Source: Calditrichia bacterium (GTDB taxonomy: Bacteria; Calditrichota; Calditrichia; RBG-13-44-9; J075). Taken from it: 64,000 nucleotides of DNA. Made by a program: the position numbers and the translations under genes. Location: assembly GCA_050633245.1 (NCBI GenBank), contig JBOEGD010000011.1, positions 396,985 through 460,984 of the forward strand, written 5' to 3'. Shown piece by piece: positions 59,114-64,000 of the stretch (the first letter of the stretch is position 1; each line of letters starts with the position of its first letter). The notes under the pieces were generated by a model. The model made no database searches and had not been told where the DNA came from. It saw nothing but the letters and a program-made list of their open reading frames with translations.

Positions 59114-59551
59114 ATGTTCCAACTAGACAAGGCAATAGACAACCTCACAAGTCAGATCGCCAGCTGTTCAGCCAATATGTCTGCAGATGAAATCAAGGAT
59201 CATCTCTTAAGCACCGTTGAAGATCTTGTTGAACACGGGTCGACTGAAGAAGAAGCATACCAAACTGCAGTTGAAAGGATTGGAAATATAGCAGAGCTAA
59301 AAAACGAATTAAACAATATCCACAAAGAGAGAAGTTTTATGAACTATCGCAATCCAGCGTTTCAACAAATTATTACAGCACTATTTTTTGCCGGAGCAAT
59401 GCTGGCAAGTGCATGGCTGGGCTTTTCTGATACCGTTACATACCTGCTCATTGCCATTTGGTTCATTCCTTTTCTGTTAATTAGCAAGCGATCCTCGACA
59501 TCGGCAAAGGACGAGCTACACTGCCTTGCCAGGAAACTGCATCTCAAGTAA
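59114..59551 (+). CDS. Permease-prefix-domain membrane protein (PadR partner)
   Basis: DEIKDHL...L...G.TEEEAY..AVERIG motif followed by two TM helices. Confidence 0.7.
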   Translation: MFQLDKAIDNLTSQIASCSANMSADEIKDHLLSTVEDLVEHGSTEEEAYQTAVERIGNIAELKNELNNIHKERSFMNYRNPAFQQIITALFFAGAMLASAWLGFSDTVTYLLIAIWFIPFLLISKRSSTSAKDELHCLARKLHLK

Positions 59552-59696
59552 CTTAGCTTCTCTGTCAATCAAACGGTATAAAGATAGACAGAGAGGTTTT
59601 CTAGCCCATGTAGTCCAGCATACTGCCAGATCCCCCTCATAAAGCTAGATTATTAAACACGCCCAACAAATTTTCCAAATCTTGAGGAGGATACGG

Positions 59697-61301
59697 ATGA
59701 TTCGTTCATTACTACTTTTTATATTTATTTTATCAGCGCCAGGGCTGGCTCAAACCGCAGAGATTAAGTGGTGGTTCGATCTTAACGATGCAGCCTATGG
59801 CAGTGCTGCATTGGATGATATTGACAATGATGGCAAACCGGAGATCGTTTTTAGCACTTATTTCAACGATGGAAAGGTTTATGCGCTCAATGCCGAAGAT
59901 GGTTCTCTTCTTTGGGAGTACGTGATTGGTGGATGCAACGATGTTGCTCCACTTATTCATGATGTCAATGGCGATGGGTTCAAGGACGTTATTCTTCCCA
60001 GCTCATGTATTCTCAAAACGTTTTGCTTTGATGGTCGAAACGGCTCGGTGCTTTGGTCAACTGAAACAGCTGGTAGCGATTCTTCCCCGACAATCGCGGA
60101 CATCGACCAGGATGGTGAAATGGAAATTTTGCATGGCACGTTTGATGGTTCCGTAATTTGTTTAGATGCAGCAACCGGAGACATTGAATGGGATTTGATT
60201 ATCGATCCAAATGGAGTCGTGCAATCAGCACCGACTGTCCTTGATGCAGATATGGATGGACAGCTGGATTTTGTTGTAGCAAACTGGAGTTTCGGAAATT
60301 CCAACAAATATTTGTGTTATCGAGGCGTCGACCAGCAGCTGCTTTGGGAAAATAGCATTCCAACAGAAAACACGTATCACGGAGCCTCTGTTGCAGATTT
60401 AGACAAGGATGGCACGATGGAGTTGGCATTCGGCTGCTATGATGGATCACTCTATGTATTAGAAGCAGAAAGTGGAAATCTTCATTGGAGCTACAAATTA
60501 CCAAATTCAGTCTACATCCCTGGCCCCACATCAATAGCGGACCTGGATAATGACGGCGAATATGAAATCACCTACATGGATTTCAACAATCTTGCTGTTG
60601 TAAGCCATACCGGCGTGCTACAGTGGTCATATTCATTACCGGAGATAGGACAGTCTTTCCGTGCATCCGCTATTAGCGATGTGAATAATGACGGTACGCT
60701 TGACCTTGTATTGGGTTCGGACAATGGTCGACTGTACGCCTTTAACGGCAGCAGTGCTACTGAGCTATGGAGTGTAAACCTACGCGAGCATTATGGTGCA
60801 AGTAATTTCATGCTCGACCACGGACCGGTTATTGCAGATTTTGACGGGGATGATATACTGGATGTTTTTATCGCTGGTGGTTATGGCGTAACACCTCCCA
60901 CCACAGCAAACTATGGACGTGTTTATGCAATTTCCACTGGAAGTATAGGCGGACCCGAATGGCCGATGTTTCGCAAAGACAAGGTGCGCAGCGGACGTGT
61001 AGACATTGCTCCGCCAACCGGACTTGAGAGCCGTACGACAACAGCCTTGGCTCCACAGTCAATCAAAAGCTATCCTAACCCGGCAACCAGCATAATCACA
61101 ATCGCTATAAAGAACCAGATCAACGAGAACTTCTCCTTAACCGTTTACGACATTCTTGGGCGAAGCGTAAGGTCATTCAGCGGGAGCCAGTTTCAGTCTG
61201 TAGATATCACAACTGACAATCTTGTAAGAGGTGTATACTTTTATAAGCTAATTGCAGGCAAGAACGTGGAGATTGCTAAAGGGAAGTTCCTTTTGGATTG
61301 A
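59697..61301 (+). CDS. Secreted FG-GAP/PQQ-like beta-propeller protein with T9SS-like C-terminal domain
   Basis: Signal peptide; repeated D(I/L/V)DxDGxxE motifs and ALNAEDGSLLW; C-terminal SYPNPA...YDILGR...GVYFY; RBS GAGGAGG. Confidence 0.85.
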   Translation: MIRSLLLFIFILSAPGLAQTAEIKWWFDLNDAAYGSAALDDIDNDGKPEIVFSTYFNDGKVYALNAEDGSLLWEYVIGGCNDVAPLIHDVNGDGFKDVILPSSCILKTFCFDGRNGSVLWSTETAGSDSSPTIADIDQDGEMEILHGTFDGSVICLDAATGDIEWDLIIDPNGVVQSAPTVLDADMDGQLDFVVANWSFGNSNKYLCYRGVDQQLLWENSIPTENTYHGASVADLDKDGTMELAFGCYDGSLYVLEAESGNLHWSYKLPNSVYIPGPTSIADLDNDGEYEITYMDFNNLAVVSHTGVLQWSYSLPEIGQSFRASAISDVNNDGTLDLVLGSDNGRLYAFNGSSATELWSVNLREHYGASNFMLDHGPVIADFDGDDILDVFIAGGYGVTPPTTANYGRVYAISTGSIGGPEWPMFRKDKVRSGRVDIAPPTGLESRTTTALAPQSIKSYPNPATSIITIAIKNQINENFSLTVYDILGRSVRSFSGSQFQSVDITTDNLVRGVYFYKLIAGKNVEIAKGKFLLD

Positions 61302-61357
61302 GCTAATCTTCGTATTTTGAAGGTGCAGCCAGAGTACTCTTTCCTGGCTGCATCGGA

Positions 61358-63016
61358 TTAAACATTCTTCGCGGCATGCCGTCCTGCGTGTCTTCCCGAG
61401 AAGATACAACCGCCGAGGAATGTCCCTTCCAAAGCATTATATCCATGATACCCTCCGCCACCAAAGCCAGCGACCTCTCCGGCAGCATAAAGCCCTGCTA
61501 TCGGATCTCCCTTGCTATCAAGCACTTGCGAGTTCAGATTGGTATGAAGACCACCCAGAGTTTTGCGAGTAAGCACATTCAGCTTTACAGCAATCAATGG
61601 CCCATTGGCCGGGTCCAGAATTTTGTGAAGCTTAGCGGTACGTATCAGCTTGTCTCCCCGGTAGTTTCGTGCATCTTTAATGGCGTGAATCTGCACATCC
61701 TTGCTAAATGGGTTATCCACTTCCCTATCTCGTGCCGCGATTTGATTGTGAATATGCTCAAAGTTTAGCAAGTCATCACTTACCAGTTTATTCATTTCCG
61801 CCACCAAATCCGGCAAATTATCGCGGACAATAAAGTCTTCACCATGCTGTTTGAAAGCCTCAACCGGCTTAGGTGCGCCCCCACCAATCCGGCTCTTAAT
61901 CAATCCGGGAATACTTTTATCGGTAAAATCAGGATTCTGCTCAGAACCAGACAGAGCGAACTCTTTTTCGATAATCTTCTGCGTTAGAATGAACCAGGAA
62001 TATTCATGTCCGGTAGAAAGAATACGCTTCAATGTCCCTAACGTATCGAATCCCGGAAGATACGGTGCAGACATGCGATTGCCTTCCGCATCCAACCAAA
62101 TTGACGATGGCCCTGGCAGAATACGAATGCCATGTTTAGGCCATATGGAATTCCAGTTCCGTACGCCTTCACAGTAATGCCACATGCGGTCATTGTTGAT
62201 AATTGCACCACCGGATTCTGCTGCTATCCCAAGCATGCGGCCATCCACATGGTGCGGCACACCTGAAATCATATTTACCGGCGCCGCGCCAAGGCGATCT
62301 ACCGGCCAGTTTTTACGCACCAGATCGTGATTGCCACCTATCCCTCCCGCTGCAACGATGACTGCTGAAGCACTAAGCTCGAACTCTGCAGTTACTTTTC
62401 GATTGGATTTTTCTCCACGTTCTACCATAGACGGTTCAAGAATCTCTCCCGATATTCCCGTAACGGCACTTCCTGTCTTTATAATTGCGCTTACCTGATG
62501 ACGGAACTTAAATTCGATACGTCCTTTTTTGACATGCTCGCGAACTCTGCGTTCGAAGGGCTCAACAACGCCCGGCCCGGTTCCCCATGTCAGATGAAAT
62601 CGCGGCACTGAGTTACCGTGTTCATGAGCAAGACCACCGCCCCGCTCTGCCCATCCAACAATTGGTATCCAACGCATTCCCTGAGCATGCAGCCAAGGCC
62701 TCATCTCACCTGCAGCAAAGTCGATATAAGCTTCCGCACATTTACGAGGCCAATGATCTTCCGGACGATCGAATTGTGCTGAACCAAGCCAATCCTGTAG
62801 GGCCAACTCTTTACTGTCTTTAATTCCCATGCGTCGCTGCTCTGGGCTATCAACAAAGAACAAACCACCTAGTGACCAGAATGCCTGTCCGCCAATAGAG
62901 TTTTCACCCTCCTGTTCAACAATAATCACGTGTTTTCCAAGATCGCCCAACTCAGCAGCGGCAACAAGCCCGGCAAGACCAGCGCCTACAATTATCACAT
63001 CAGCATCTATCGACAT
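61358..63016 (-). CDS. FAD-binding dehydrogenase (PRK12834-like, FAD_binding_2 family)
   Basis: VGAGLAGL, GGQAFWSLGG, GNSVPRFH, TRKTLGG, LYAAGE, LEGTFLGGC. Confidence 0.9.
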   Translation of the reverse strand: MSIDADVIIVGAGLAGLVAAAELGDLGKHVIIVEQEGENSIGGQAFWSLGGLFFVDSPEQRRMGIKDSKELALQDWLGSAQFDRPEDHWPRKCAEAYIDFAAGEMRPWLHAQGMRWIPIVGWAERGGGLAHEHGNSVPRFHLTWGTGPGVVEPFERRVREHVKKGRIEFKFRHQVSAIIKTGSAVTGISGEILEPSMVERGEKSNRKVTAEFELSASAVIVAAGGIGGNHDLVRKNWPVDRLGAAPVNMISGVPHHVDGRMLGIAAESGGAIINNDRMWHYCEGVRNWNSIWPKHGIRILPGPSSIWLDAEGNRMSAPYLPGFDTLGTLKRILSTGHEYSWFILTQKIIEKEFALSGSEQNPDFTDKSIPGLIKSRIGGGAPKPVEAFKQHGEDFIVRDNLPDLVAEMNKLVSDDLLNFEHIHNQIAARDREVDNPFSKDVQIHAIKDARNYRGDKLIRTAKLHKILDPANGPLIAVKLNVLTRKTLGGLHTNLNSQVLDSKGDPIAGLYAAGEVAGFGGGGYHGYNALEGTFLGGCIFSGRHAGRHAAKNV

Positions 63017-63028
63017 GGTTCCTCTTTT

Positions 63029-63154
63029 CAGAGTTCAGAGTTCTGTTAATAAAGAGTACAGCGAACAAGGCAACAAGGCAACAAATTTTCGCGTTGAAAT
63101 AGTGAATCAGGTAATTTCTCACTGTCTCTGCCTGTTTCTCCCCGTTTCTCACTT
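63029..63154. repeat. Cluster of short tandem repeats (7-mer CAGAGTT x2, 8-mer AACAAGGC x2.6, degenerate 10-mer TTTCTCACTG x4)
   Basis: Read directly; decamer units at 63115, 63125, 63135 and 63145. Confidence 0.7.
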
Positions 63155-63320
63155 TCTGTGCTCTGTCAAAAGATACGAAACTCATGTCTAAGCAAAAAGA
63201 GCCTCTAAAAAATTGAAATTGTAAAATAGAAGTTTGAAACGAACATCAATTTTGTATTCGCAGGAATTTCATTATATTTTGCCTCAAGTATTATTTGATC
63301 ATTGGGAATTAAGAGGTCTT

Positions 63321-64000
63321 ATGAAAAGCCTAACTTTGACACGCATCGTTGCTCTGCTGTTTTTTACATCGTTCTGTTTGGGACAAACCGGAACGCTACA
63401 GGGCACAGTTTCGGATTCCGGCACTACAAAGCCGTTAATTGGCGTTAATATATTCGTGCCGCAAGTAGCAGGATCAAGCAGCGGTATTGAAGGTGATTAT
63501 ACGCTCGAATTGCCAGCCGGAAGCCATACGGTTTACTATGATATGGTTGGCTATTTGCAGGTTGAGAAAACAATCTCAATAGCCGCAGGAGAAACGATTA
63601 CACTGGACATGCTGCTTCAGGAATCAGCAATTCAGCTGGAAACCATGATTGTCTCCGCAAGTAAGTTCCTGCAAAAAGTTGAAGATGTAACCGTCTCTGT
63701 CGAGGTAGTAAAGCCTTACATCATCCAGGGTAAGCATGCGCAGTCTCTCAGTGAAGTAATAGAACAAACCCCCGGCGTCGCGATTGTCGACAATGAACCC
63801 CAAATACGCAGCGGCAGTGGATTCAGCTTCGGAGCCGGCAGTCGAGTTATGATTTTAATAGACGATATGCCTATTCTTTCGGGAGATGCCGGAAGACCTA
63901 CCTGGGGCTTTATGCCCATCGAGAATGTCAATCAAATCGAGGTCATCAAAGGTGCAGCATCTGTGCTCTATGGTTCCTCAGCATTGAATGGCGTTATCAA
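63321..64000 (+). CDS. TonB-dependent receptor (5' part; runs off the window)
   Basis: Manual translation: signal peptide, carboxypeptidase-regulatory-like domain (GTVSDSGT..PLIGVNI), plug domain IRSGSGFSFGAGSRV...IENVNQIEVIKGAASVLYGSSALNGVI. Confidence 0.92.
   Translation, partial: MKSLTLTRIVALLFFTSFCLGQTGTLQGTVSDSGTTKPLIGVNIFVPQVAGSSSGIEGDYTLELPAGSHTVYYDMVGYLQVEKTISIAAGETITLDMLLQESAIQLETMIVSASKFLQKVEDVTVSVEVVKPYIIQGKHAQSLSEVIEQTPGVAIVDNEPQIRSGSGFSFGAGSRVMILIDDMPILSGDAGRPTWGFMPIENVNQIEVIKGAASVLYGSSALNGVI

Noticed and set aside
52873-59551. Integron cassette array or prophage/IMEX
   Set aside because: Many small co-oriented genes, but I could not see attC-type repeats, an integrase, a replication gene or phage genes

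Overview
64 kb of a Gram-negative bacterial chromosome. Secreted proteins ending in 'YPNP(FN)...FlgD-Ig/Por-tail' C-terminal domains and a PorZ-like protein suggest an FCB-group lineage such as Calditrichota/KSB1; this is inference only. Bases 1-52,000 are mostly housekeeping: tkt (partial), mdh, rocD, serA-like, pdxS/pdxT, an FMN riboswitch with ribD-ribE-ribBA-ribH, accC/accB-like genes, sucA/sucB, a TetR-TolC-MFP-RND efflux operon, gcvT, an NAD-type icd, a PerR-like regulator and a CBS/CGL pair. A strong dif-like (XerC/D) 28-mer lies at 52311-52338. To its right are small accessory genes, two FG-GAP propeller proteins and a partial TonB-dependent receptor. I saw no rRNA, tRNA, transposase, integrase or cas gene. 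The best novelty candidates are four. (1) A ~1236-aa multi-TM protein with two RCK-like and two ACT-like modules and no K+ filter, ending the sucA-sucB-yheT gene run. (2) A catalytically dead HisI-fold protein, preceded by a 4-Cys orphan and overlapping the biotin carboxylase start. (3) A sigma28-type promoter driving a ~95-nt structured sRNA candidate with anti-Shine-Dalgarno motifs upstream of gcvT. (4) A decamer-based intergenic repeat family seen at two loci. All calls come from motif reading by eye; no database searches were run.
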